DNA of 64,000 nucleotides from Auanema rhodensis (taxonomy: Eukaryota; Animalia; Nematoda). Under the pieces are notes generated by a model that saw nothing but the letters and a program-made list of their open reading frames with translations, ran no database searches and was not told the DNA's origin. The stretch covers positions 3,162,001 to 3,226,000 of the forward strand of contig OZ059898.1 of assembly GCA_964057225.1 (NCBI GenBank), given 5' to 3'. A program made the translations under genes and the position numbers. This document shows positions 1 to 10,881 of this stretch, piece after piece; the first letter of the stretch is position 1; each line of letters opens with the position of its first letter.

Positions 1-16
1 AGTGCATTCGATCCGG

Positions 17-67
17 ATTTTTAAGCTGCGTCGATCTGTGTTATCAGATTTGCGCTAGCTTAAAAAT
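17..67. other. Monomer inverted repeat 1: long imperfect hairpin, present in every copy
   Basis: ATTTTTAAGCT (17-27) / AGCTTAAAAAT (57-67) is a perfect 11-bp pair. Inside it, GCG (28-30) pairs with CGC (53-55) and ATCTG (34-38) with CAGAT (45-49), around a 6-nt loop. Confidence 0.9.
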
Positions 68-84
68 GCACCGAGATATCAACT

Positions 85-106
85 GATATAAGTTCACACT
101 TATATC
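85..106. other. Monomer inverted repeat 2: 9-bp stem, 4-nt loop
   Basis: GATATAAGT (85-93), loop TCAC, ACTTATATC (98-106). CGAG (72-75) / CTCG (107-110) can close an outer stem. Confidence 0.9.
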
Positions 107-180
107 CTCGATTTTCACCCTGAAGAAATAATTTTTTCGTTAAATAACATCGTCCATCGTCTTTGCCTTGAAAAAAGAAA

Positions 181-252
181 TCTAAAAACATCTACTTTTT
201 GCTAAATTATTTTGAAATTTTTCGAAAAAATTTTTGTCAAAATGTTTTTGGA
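181..252. other. Monomer inverted repeat 3: nested AT-rich quasi-palindrome
   Basis: The centre is the perfect palindrome TTTTTCGAAAAA (218-229). ATTTTGA (209-215) pairs with TCAAAAT (237-243). The outer arms TCTAAAAACAT (181-191) / ATGTTTTTGGA (242-252) pair with one T-G mismatch. Confidence 0.8.
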
Positions 253-256
253 AGCA

Positions 257-284
257 ATGTTGAGTGTACATGGAAACTCAACAT
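257..284. other. Monomer inverted repeat 4: 9-bp stem, 10-nt loop
   Basis: ATGTTGAGT (257-265), loop GTACATGGAA, ACTCAACAT (276-284). AGTGTA (263-268) / TACACT (284-289) is an alternative pairing. Confidence 0.9.
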
Positions 285-3200
285 ACACTAATGCATCATT
301 TTTCAAACGATCATAACTAATTTTTGTATTAAGCGTTTTTCAATGTAGTATAGTGCATTCGATGCGGATTTTTAAGCTGCGTCGATCTGTGTTATCAGAT
401 TTGCGCTAGCTTAAAAATGCACCGAGATATCAACTGATATAAGTTCACACTTATATCCTCGATTTTCACCCTGAAGAATTAATTTTTTCGTTGAATAACA
501 TTGTCTATCGTCTTTGCCTTGAGAAAAGGAATCTAAAAACATCTACTTTTTGCTAAATTATTTTGAAATTTTTCGAAAAAATTTTTGTCAAAATGTTTTT
601 GGAAGCAATGTTGAGTGTACATGGAAACTCAACATACACTAATGCATCATTTTTCAAACGATCATAACTAATTTTTGTATCACGCGTTTTTCAATGTAGT
701 ATAGTGCATTCGATGCGGATTTTTAAGCTGCGTCGATCTGTGTTATCAGATTTGCGCTAGCTTAAAAATGCACCGAGATATCAACTGATATAAGTTCACA
801 CTTATATCCTCGATTTTCACCCTGAAGAATTAACTTTTTCGTTGAATAACATTGTCTATCGTCTTTGCCTTGAAAAATGGAATCTAAAAACATCTACTTT
901 TTGGTAAACTATTTTGAAATTTTTCGAAAAAATTTTTGTCAAAATGTTTTTGGAAGCAATGTTGAGTGTACATGGAAACTCAACATACACTAATGCATCA
1001 TTTTTCAAACGATCATAACTAATTTTTGTATCACGCGTTTTTCAATGTAGTATAGTGCATTCGATGCGGATTTTTAAGCTGCGTCGATCTGTGTTATCAG
1101 ATTTGCGCTAGCTTAAAAATGCACCGAGATATCAACTGATATAAGTTCACACTTATATCCTCGATTTTCACCCTGAAGAATTAACTTTTTCGTTGAATAA
1201 CATTGTCTATCGTCTTTGCCTTGAAAAATGGAATCTAAAAACATCTACTTTTTGGTAAACTATTTTGAAATTTTTCGAAAAAATTTTTGTCAAAATGTTT
1301 TTGGAAGCAATGTTGAGTGTACATGGAAACTCAACATACACTAATGCATCATTTTTCAAACGATCATAACTAATTTTTGTATCACGCGTTTTTCAATGTA
1401 GTATAGTGCATTCGATGCGGATTTTTAAGCTGCGTCGATCTGTGTTATCAGATTTGCGCTAGCTTAAAAATGCACCGAGATATCAACTGATATAAGTTCA
1501 CACTTATATCCTCGATTTTCACCCTGAAGAATTAACTTTTTCGTTGAATAACATTGTCTATCGTCTTTGCCTTGAAAAATGGAATCTAAAAACATCTACT
1601 TTTTGGTAAACTATTTTGAAATTTTTCGAAAAAATTTTTGTCAAAATGTTTTTGGAAGCAATGTTGAGTGTACATGGAAACTCAACATACACTAATGCAT
1701 CATTTTTCAAACGATCATAACTAATTTTTGTATCAAGCGTTTCTCAATGTATTATAGTGCATTCGATCCGGATTTTTAAGCTGCGTCGATCTGTGTTATC
1801 AGATTTGCGCTAGCTTAAAAATGCACCGAGATATCAACTGATATAAGTTCACACTTATATCCTCGATTTTCACCCTGAAGAATTAATTTTTTCGTTGAAT
1901 AACATTGTCTATCGTCTTTGCCTTGAGAAAAGGAATCTAAAAACATCTACTTTTTGCTAAATTATTTTGAAATTTTTCGAAAAAATTTTTGTCAAAATGT
2001 TTTTGGAAGCAATGTTGAGTGTACATGGAAACTCAACATACACTAATGCATCATTTTTCAAACGATCATAACTAATTTTTGTATCACGCGTTTTTCAATG
2101 TAGTATAGTGCATTCGATGCGGATTTTTAAGCTGCGTCGATCTGTGTTATCAGATTTGCGCTAGCTTAAAAATGCACCGAGATATCAACTGATATAAGTT
2201 CACACTTATATCCTCGATTTTCACCCTGAAGAATTAACTTTTTCGTTGAATAACATTGTCTATCGTCTTTGCCTTGAAAAATGGAATCTAAAAACATCTA
2301 CTTTTTGGTAAACTATTTTGAAATTTTTCGAAAAAATTTTTGTCAAAATGTTTTTGGAAGCAATGTTGAGTGTACATGGAAACTCAACATACACTAATGC
2401 ATCATTTTTCAAACGATCATAACTAATTTTTGTATCACGCGTTTTTCAATGTAGTATAGTGCATTCGATGCGGATTTTTAAGCTGCGTCGATCTGTGTTA
2501 TCAGATTTGCGCTAGCTTAAAAATGCACCGAGATATCAACTGATATAAGTTCACACTTATATCCTCGATTTTCACCCTGAAGAATTAACTTTTTCGTTGA
2601 ATAACATTGTCTATCGTCTTTGCCTTGAAAAATGGAATCTAAAAACATCTACTTTTTGGTAAACTATTTTGAAATTTTTCGAAAAAATTTTTGTCAAAAT
2701 GTTTTTGGAAGCAATGTTGAGTGTACATGGAAACTCAACATACACTAATGCATCATTTTTCAAACGATCATAACTAATTTTTGTATCAAGCGTTTCTCAA
2801 TGTATTATAGTGCATTCGATCCGGATTTTTAAGCTGCGTCGATCTGTGTTATCAGATTTGCGCTAGCTTAAAAATGCACCGAGATATCAACTGATATAAG
2901 TTCACACTTATATCCTCGATTTTCACCCTGAAGAATTAATTTTTTCGTTGAATAACATTGTCCATCGTCTTTGCCTTGAAAAAAGGAATCTAAAAACATC
3001 TACTTTTTGCTAAATTATTTTGAAATTTTTCGAAAAAATTTTTGTCAAAATGTTTTTGGAAGCAATGTTGAGTGTACATGGAAACTCAACATACACTAAT
3101 GCATCATTTTTCAAACGATCATAACTAATTTTTGTATCAAGCGTTTCTCAATGTATTATAGTGCATTCGATCCGGATTTTTAAGCTGCGTCGATCTGTGT

Positions 3201-6200
3201 TATCAGATTTGCGCTAGCTTAAAAATGCACCGAGATATCAACTGATACAAGTTCACACTTATATCCTCGATTTTCACCCTGAAGAAATAATTTTTTCGTT
3301 GAATAACATTGTCCATCGTCTTTGCCTTGAAAAAAGGACTTTAAAAACATCTACTTTTTGCTAAATTATTTTGAAATTTTCCGAAAAAATTTTTGTCAAA
3401 ATGTTTTTGGAAGCAATGTTGAGTGTACATGGAAACTCAACATACACTAATGCATCATTTTTCAAACGATCATAACTAATTTTTGTATTAAGCGTTTTTC
3501 AATGTAGTATAGTGCAATCGATGCGGATTTTTAAACTGCGTCGATCTGTGTTATCAGATTTGCGCTAGCTTAAAAATGCACCGAGATATCAAATGATATA
3601 AGTTCACACTTATATCCTCGATTTTCATCCTGAAGAATTAATTTTTTCGTTGAATAACGTTGTCCATCGTCTTTGCCTTGGAAAATCGAATCTAAAAACA
3701 TCTACTTTTCGCTAAATTATTTTGAAATTTTTCGAAAAAATTTTTGTCAAAATGTTTTTGGAAGCAATGTTGAGTGTACATGGAAACTCAACATACACTA
3801 ATGCATCATTTTTCAAACGATCATAACTAATTTTTGTATCACGCGTTTTTCAATGTAGTATAGTGCATTCGATGCGGATTTTTAAGCTGCGTCGATCTGT
3901 GTTATCAGATTTGCGCTAGCTTAAAAATGCACCGAGATATCAACTGATACAAGTTCACACTTATATCCTCGATTTTCACCCTGAAGAAATAATTTTTTCG
4001 TTGAATAACATTGTCCATCGTCTTTGCCTTGAAAAATCAAATCTAAAAACATCTACTTTTTGCTAAATTATTTTGAAATTTTTCGAAAAAATTTTTGTCA
4101 AAATGTTTTTGGAAGCAATGTTGAGTGTACATGGAAACTCAACATACACTAATGCATCATTTTTCAAACGATCATAACTAATTTTTGTATCAAGCGTTTT
4201 TCAATGTAGTATAGTGCATTCGATGCGGATTTTTAAGCTGCGTCGATCTGTGTTATCAGATTTGCGCTAGCTTAAAAATGCACCGAGATATCAACTGATA
4301 CAAGTTCACACTTATATCCTCGATTTTCACCCTGAAGAAATAATTTTTTCGTTGAATAACATTGTCCATCGTCTTTGCCTTGAAAAAAGGATTTTAAAAA
4401 CATCTACTTTTTGCTAAATTATTCTGAAATTTTCCGAAAAAATTTTTGTCAAAATGTTTTTGGAAGCAATGTTGAGTGTACATGGAAACTCAACATACAC
4501 TAATGCATCATTTTTCAAACGATCATAACTAATTTTTGTATTAAGCGTTTTTTAATGTAGTATAGTGCATTCGATCCGGATTTTTAAGCTGCGTCGATCT
4601 GTGTTATCAGATTTGCGCTAGCTTAAAAATGCACCGAGATATCAACTGATATAAGTTCACACTTATATCCTCGATTTTCACCCTGAAGAAATAATTTTTT
4701 CGTTGAATAACATTGTCCATCGTCTTTGCCTTGAAAAATCAAATCTAAAAACATCTACTTTTCGCTAAATTATTTTGAAATTTTTCGAAAAAATTTTTGT
4801 CAAAATGTTTTTGGAAGCAATGTTGAGTGTACATGGAAACTCAACATACACTAATGCATCATTTTTCAAACGATCATAACTAATTTTTGTATCAAGCGTT
4901 TTTCAATGTAGTAGAGTGCATTCGATGCGGATTTTTAAGCTGCGTCGATCTGTGTTATCAGATTTGCGCTAGCTTAAAAATGCACCGAGATATCAACTGA
5001 TATAAGTTCACACTTATATCCTCGATTTTCACCCTGAAGAATTCACTTTTTCGTTGAATAACATTGTCTATCGTCTTTGCCTTGAAAAATGGAATCTAAA
5101 AACATCTACTTTTTGGTAAACTATTTTGAAATTTTTCGAAAAAATTTTTGTCAAAATGTTTTTGGAAGCAATGTTGAGTGTACATGGAAACTCAACATAC
5201 ACTAATGCATCATTTTTCAAACGATCATAACTAATTTTTGTATCAAGCGTTTCTCAATGTATTATAGTGCATTCGATCCGGATTTTTAAGCTGCGTCGAT
5301 CTGTGTTATCAGATTTGCGCTAGCTTAAAAATGCACCGAGATATCAACTGATATAAGTTCACACTTATATCCTCGATTTTCACCCTGAAGAATTAATTTT
5401 TTCGTTGAATAACATTGTCCATCGTCTTTGCCTTGAAAAAAGGAATCTAAAAACATCTACTTTTTGCTAAATTATTTTGAAATTTTCCGAAAAAATTTTT
5501 GTCAAAATGTTTTTGGAAGCAATGTTGAGTGTACATGGAAACTCAACATACACTAATGCATCATTTTTCAAACGATCATAACTAATTTTTGTATTAAGCG
5601 TTTTTCAATGTAGTATAGTGCATTCGATCCGGATTTTTAAGCTGCGTCGATCTGTGTTATCAGATTTGCGCTAGCTTAAAAATGCACCGAGATATCAACT
5701 GATATAAGTTCACACTTATATCCTCGATTTTCACCCTGAAGAAATAATTTTTTCGTTGAATAACATTGTCCATCGTCTTTGCCTTGAAAAATCAAATCTA
5801 AAAACATCTACTTTTCGCTAAATTATTTTGAAATTTTTCGAAAAAATTTTTGTCAAAATGTTTTTGGAAGCAATGTTGAGTGTACATGGAAACTCAACAT
5901 ACACTAATGCATCATTTTTCAAACGATCATAACTAATTTTTGTATCAAGCGTTTTTCAATGTAGTAGAGTGCATTCGATGCGGATTTTTAAGCTGCGTCG
6001 ATCTGTGTTATCAGATTTGCGCTAGCTTAAAAATGCACCGAGATATCAACTGATATAAGTTCACACTTATATCCTCGATTTTCACCCTGAAGAATTAACT
6101 TTTTCGTTGAATAACATTGTCTATCGTCTTTGCCTTGAAAAATGGAATCTAAAAACATCTACTTTTTGGTAAACTATTTTGAAATTTTTCGAAAAAATTT

Positions 6201-9200
6201 TTGTCAAAATGTTTTTGGAAGCAATGTTGAGTGTACATGGAAACTCAACATACACTAATGCATCATTTTTCAAACGATCATAACTAATTTTTGTATCAAG
6301 CGTTTCTCAATGTATTATAGTGCATTCGATCCGGATTTTTAAGCTGCGTCGATCTGTGTTATCAGATTTGCGCTAGCTTAAAAATGCACCGAGATATCAA
6401 CTGATATAAGTTCACACTTATATCCTCGATTTTCACCCTGAAGAATTAATTTTTTCGTTGAATAACATTGTCCATCGTCTTTGCCTTGAAAAAAGGAATC
6501 TAAAAACATCTACTTTTTGCTAAATTATTTTGAAATTTTCCGAAAAAATTTTTGTCAAAATGTTTTTGGAAGCAATGTTGAGTGTACATGGAAACTCAAC
6601 ATACACTAATGCATCATTTTTCAAACGATCATAACTAATTTTTGTATCACGCGTTTTTCAATGTAGTATAGTGCATTCGATGCGGATTTTTAAGCGGCGT
6701 CGATCTGTGTTATCAGATTTGCGCTAGCTTAAAAATGCACCGAGATATCAACTGATATAAGTTCACACTTATATCCTCGATTTTCACCCTGAAGAATTAA
6801 CTTTTTCGTTGAATAACATTGTCTATCGTCTTTGCCTTAAAAAATGGAATCTAAAAACATCTACTTTTTGGTAAACTATTTTGAAATTTTTCGAAAAAAT
6901 TTTTGTCAAAATGTTTTTGGAAGCAATGTTGAGTGTACATGGAAACTCAACATACACTAATGCATCATTTTTCAAACGATCATAACTAATTTTTGTATCA
7001 AGCGTTTCTCAATGTATTATAGTGCATTCGATCCGGATTTTTAAGCTGCGTCGATCTGTGTTATCAGATTTGCGCTAGCTTAAAAATGCACCGAGATATC
7101 AACTGATATAAGTTCACACTTATATCCTCGATTTTCACCCTGAAGAATTAATTTTTTCGTTGAATAACATTGTCCATCGTCTTTGCCTTGAAAAAAGGAA
7201 TCTAAAAACATCTACTTTTTGCTAAATTATTTTGAAATTTTCCGAAAAAATTTTTGTCAAAATGTTTTTGGAAGCAATGTTGAGTGTACATGGAAACTCA
7301 ACATACACTAATGCATCATTTTTCAAACGATCATAACTAATTTTTGTATTAAGCGTTTTTCAATGTAGTATAGTGCAATCGATGCGGATTTTTAAACTGC
7401 GTCGATCTGTGTTATCAGATTTGCGCTAGCTTAAAAATGCACCGAGATATCAAATGATATAAGTTCACACTTATATCCTCGATTTTCATCCTGAAGAATT
7501 AATTTTTTCGTTGAATAACGTTGTCCATCGTCTTTGCCTTGGAAAATCGAATCTAAAAACATCTACTTTTCGCTAAATTATTTTGAAATTTTTCGAAAAA
7601 ATTTTTGTCAAAATGTTTTTGGAAGCAATGTTGAGTGTACATGGAAACTCAACATACACTAATGCATCATTTTTCAAACGATCATAACTAATTTTTGTAT
7701 CACGCGTTTTTCAATGTAGTATAGTGCATTCGATGCGGATTTTTAAGCTGCGTCGATCTGTGTTATCAGATTTGCGCTAGCTTAAAAATGCACCGAGATA
7801 TCAACTGATACAAGTTCACACTTATATCCTCGATTTTCACCCTGAAGAAATAATTTTTTCGTTGAATAACATTGTCCATTGTCTTTGCCTTGGAAAAAGG
7901 ATTTTAAAAACATCTACTTTTTGCTAAATTATTCTGAAATTTTCCGAAAAAATTTTTGTCAAAATGTTTTTGGAAGCAATGTTGAGTGTACATGGAAACT
8001 CAACTTACACTAATGCATCATTTTTCAAACGATCATAACTAATTTTTGTATCAAGCGTTTTTCAATGTAGTAGAGTGCATTCGATGCGGATTTTTAAGCT
8101 GCGTCGATCTGTGTTATCAGATTTGCGCTAGCTTAAAAATGCACCGAGATATCAACTGATATAAGTTCACACTTATATCCTCGATTTTCACCCTGAAGAA
8201 TTAACTTTTTCGTTGAATAACATTGTCTATCGTCTTTGCCTTGAAAAATGGAATCTAAAAACATCTACTTTTTGGTAAACTATTTTGAAATTTTTCGAAA
8301 AAATTTTTGTCAAAATGTTTTTGGAAGCAATGTTGAGTGTACATGGAAACTCAACATACACTAATGCATCATTTTTCAAACGATCATAACTAATTTTTGT
8401 ATCAAGCGTTTCTCAATGTATTATAGTGCATTCGATCCGGATTTTTAAGCTGCGTCGATCTGTGTTATCAGATTTGCGCTAGCTTAAAAATGCACCGAGA
8501 TATCAACTGATATAAGTTCACACTTATATCCTCGATTTTCACCCTGAAGAATTAATTTTTTCGTTGAATAACATTGTCCATCGTCTTTGCCTTGAAAAAA
8601 GGAATCTAAAAACATCTACTTTTTGCTAAATTATTTTGAAATTTTCCGAAAAAATTTTTGTCAAAATGTTTTTGGAAGCAATGTTGAGTGTACATGGAAA
8701 CTCAACATACACTAATGCATCATTTTTCAAACGATCATAACTAATTTTTGTATTAAGCGTTTTTCAATGTAGTATAGTGCAATCGATGCGGATTTTTAAA
8801 CTGCGTCGATCTGTGTTATCAGATTTGCGCTAGCTTAAAAATGCACCGAGATATCAAATGATATAAGTTCACACTTATATCCTCGATTTTCATCCTGAAG
8901 AATTAATTTTTTCGTTGAATAACGTTGTCCATCGTCTTTGCCTTGGAAAATCGAATCTAAAAACATCTACTTTTCGCTAAATTATTTTGAAATTTTTCGA
9001 AAAAATTTTTGTCAAAATGTTTTTGGAAGCAATGTTGAGTGTACATAGAAACTCAACATACACTAATGCATAATTTTTTAAACGATCATAACTAATTTTT
9101 TTATTAAGCGTTTTTCAATGTAGTATAGTGCATTCGATGCGGATTTTTAAGCTGCGTCGATCTGTGTTATCAGATTTGCGCTAGCTTAAAAATGCACCGA

Positions 9201-10881
9201 GATATCAACTGATACAAGTTCACACTTATATCCTCGATTTTCACCCTGAAGAAATAATTTTTTCGTTGAATAACATTGTCCATCGTCTTTGCCTTGAAAA
9301 AAGGATTTTAAAAACATCTACTTTTTGCTAAATTATTTTGAAATTTTTCGAAAAAATTTTTGTCAAAATGTTTTTGGAAGCAATGTTGAGTGTACATGGA
9401 AACTCAACATACACTAATGCATCATTTTTCAAACGATCATAACTAATTTTTGTATCAAGCGTTTTTCAATGTAGTATAGTGCATTCGATGCGGATTTTTA
9501 AGCTGCGTCGATCTGTGTTATCAGATTTGCGCTAGCTTAAAAATGCACCGAGATATCAACTGATACAAGTTCACACTTATATCCTCGATTTTCACCCTGA
9601 AGAAATAATTTTTTCGTTGAATAACATTGTCCATCGTCTTTGCCTTGAAAAAAGGATTTTAAAAACATCTACTTTTTGCTAAATTATTCTGAAATTTTCC
9701 GAAAAAATTTTTGTCAAAATGTTTTTGGAAGCAATGTTGAGTGTACATGGAAACTCAACATACACTAATGCATCATTTTTCAAACGATCATAACTAATTT
9801 TTGTATTAAGCGTTTTTTAATGTAGTATAGTGCATTCGATCCGGATTTTTAAGCTGCGTCGATCTGTGTTATCAGATTTGCGCTAGCTTAAAAATGCACC
9901 GAGATATCAACTGATATAAGTTCACACTTATATCCTCGATTTTCACCCTGAAGAATTAATTTTCTCGTTGAATAACATTGTCCATCGTCTTTGCCTTGAA
10001 AAAAGGAATCTAAAAACATCTACTTTTTGCTAAATTAATTTGAAATTTTCCGAAAAAATTTTTGTCAAAATGTTTTTAGAAGCAATGTTGAGTGTACATG
10101 GAAACTCAACATACACTAATGCATCATTTTTCAAACGATCATAACTAATTTTTGTATTAAGCGTTTTTCCATGTAGTATAGTGCAATCGATGCGGATTTT
10201 TAAGCTGCGTCGATCTGTGTTATCAGATTTGCGCTAGCTTAAAAATGCACCGAGATATCAACTGATATAAGTTCACACTTATATCCTCGATTTTCATCCT
10301 GAAGAATTAATTTTTTCGTTGAATAACATTGTCCATCGTCTTTGCCTTGAAAAATCAAATCTAAAAACATCTACTTTTCGCTAAATTATTTTGAAATTTT
10401 TCGAAAAAATTTTTGTCAAAATGTTTTTGGAAGCAATGTTGAGTGTACATGGAAACTCAACATACACTAATGCATCATTTTTCAAACGATCATAACTAAT
10501 TTTTGTATCAAGCGTTTTTCAATGTAGTAGAGTGCATTCGATGCGGATTTTTAAGCTGCGTCGATCTGTGTTATCAGATTTGCGCTAGCTTAAAAATGCA
10601 CCGAGATATCAACTGATATAAGTTCACACTTATATCCTCGATTTTCACCCTGAAGAATTAACTTTTTCGTTGAATAACATTGTCTATCGTCTTTGCCTTG
10701 AAAAATGGAATCTAAAAACATCTACTTTTTGGTAAACTATTTTGAAATTTTTCGAAAAAATTTTTGTCAAAATGTTTTTGGAAGCAATGTTGAGTGTACA
10801 TGGAAACTCAACATACACTAATGCATCATTTTTCAAACGATCTAAACTAATTTTTGTATCAAGCGTTTTTTAATGTAGTAT

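Larger units (their letters stand above)
1..351. repeat. Representative 351-bp monomer (phase arbitrary)
   Basis: 108/351 bases are G+C. It has many A/T tracts of 4-6 nt, 13 CpG and 4 TCGA sites, and single NheI (GCTAGC), EcoRV (GATATC), BsrGI (TGTACA) and NsiI (ATGCAT) sites. Confidence 0.97.
1..10881. repeat. Satellite variant domain A
   Basis: The variants GGTAAACT (m202/m207), AACTTT (m132), CACGCG (m332), TGTATTA (m348), GTAGAG (m351) and GCAATC (m7) were seen only here. Confidence 0.8.

Noticed and set aside
34-59. Helitron 3' end (hairpin followed by CTAG)
   Set aside because: The CTAG lies within the arm of the larger hairpin and is followed by C rather than T. The stem is short and not GC-rich, and no element boundary exists in the window.
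17-106. Covariation evidence for a conserved RNA structure
   Set aside because: Stem variants (m22, m25, m38, m54, m89, m92, m99) are single-sided with no compensatory partner, so selection on pairing is not demonstrated.
135-151. CENP-B box (TTCGTTG resembles CTTCGTTGGAAACGGGA)
   Set aside because: TTCG and the central A are present, but the essential CGGG is replaced by ACAT.
118-160. Hammerhead ribozyme (CTGAAGA matches the CUGANGA core; satellites of newts, schistosomes and Dolichopoda crickets carry hammerheads)
   Set aside because: I found no stem II closing onto GAAA (the sequence reads GAAT), no stem I partner for TCACC and no properly placed NUH. The minus strand has only CUGAUAA. 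An Infernal/RNAMotif hammerhead search would be decisive.
1-351. Tandem 5S rRNA, tRNA, snRNA or spliced-leader gene array
   Set aside because: No recognisable conserved sequence of these RNAs, no cloverleaf and no convincing Pol III A/B boxes. An Rfam scan was not possible.
1-351. Assignment to a named satellite (Drosophila 359-bp, Tribolium TCAST, Pimelia PIM357)
   Set aside because: Only length and AT content are similar. I do not recognise sequence identity, so a database search is needed.
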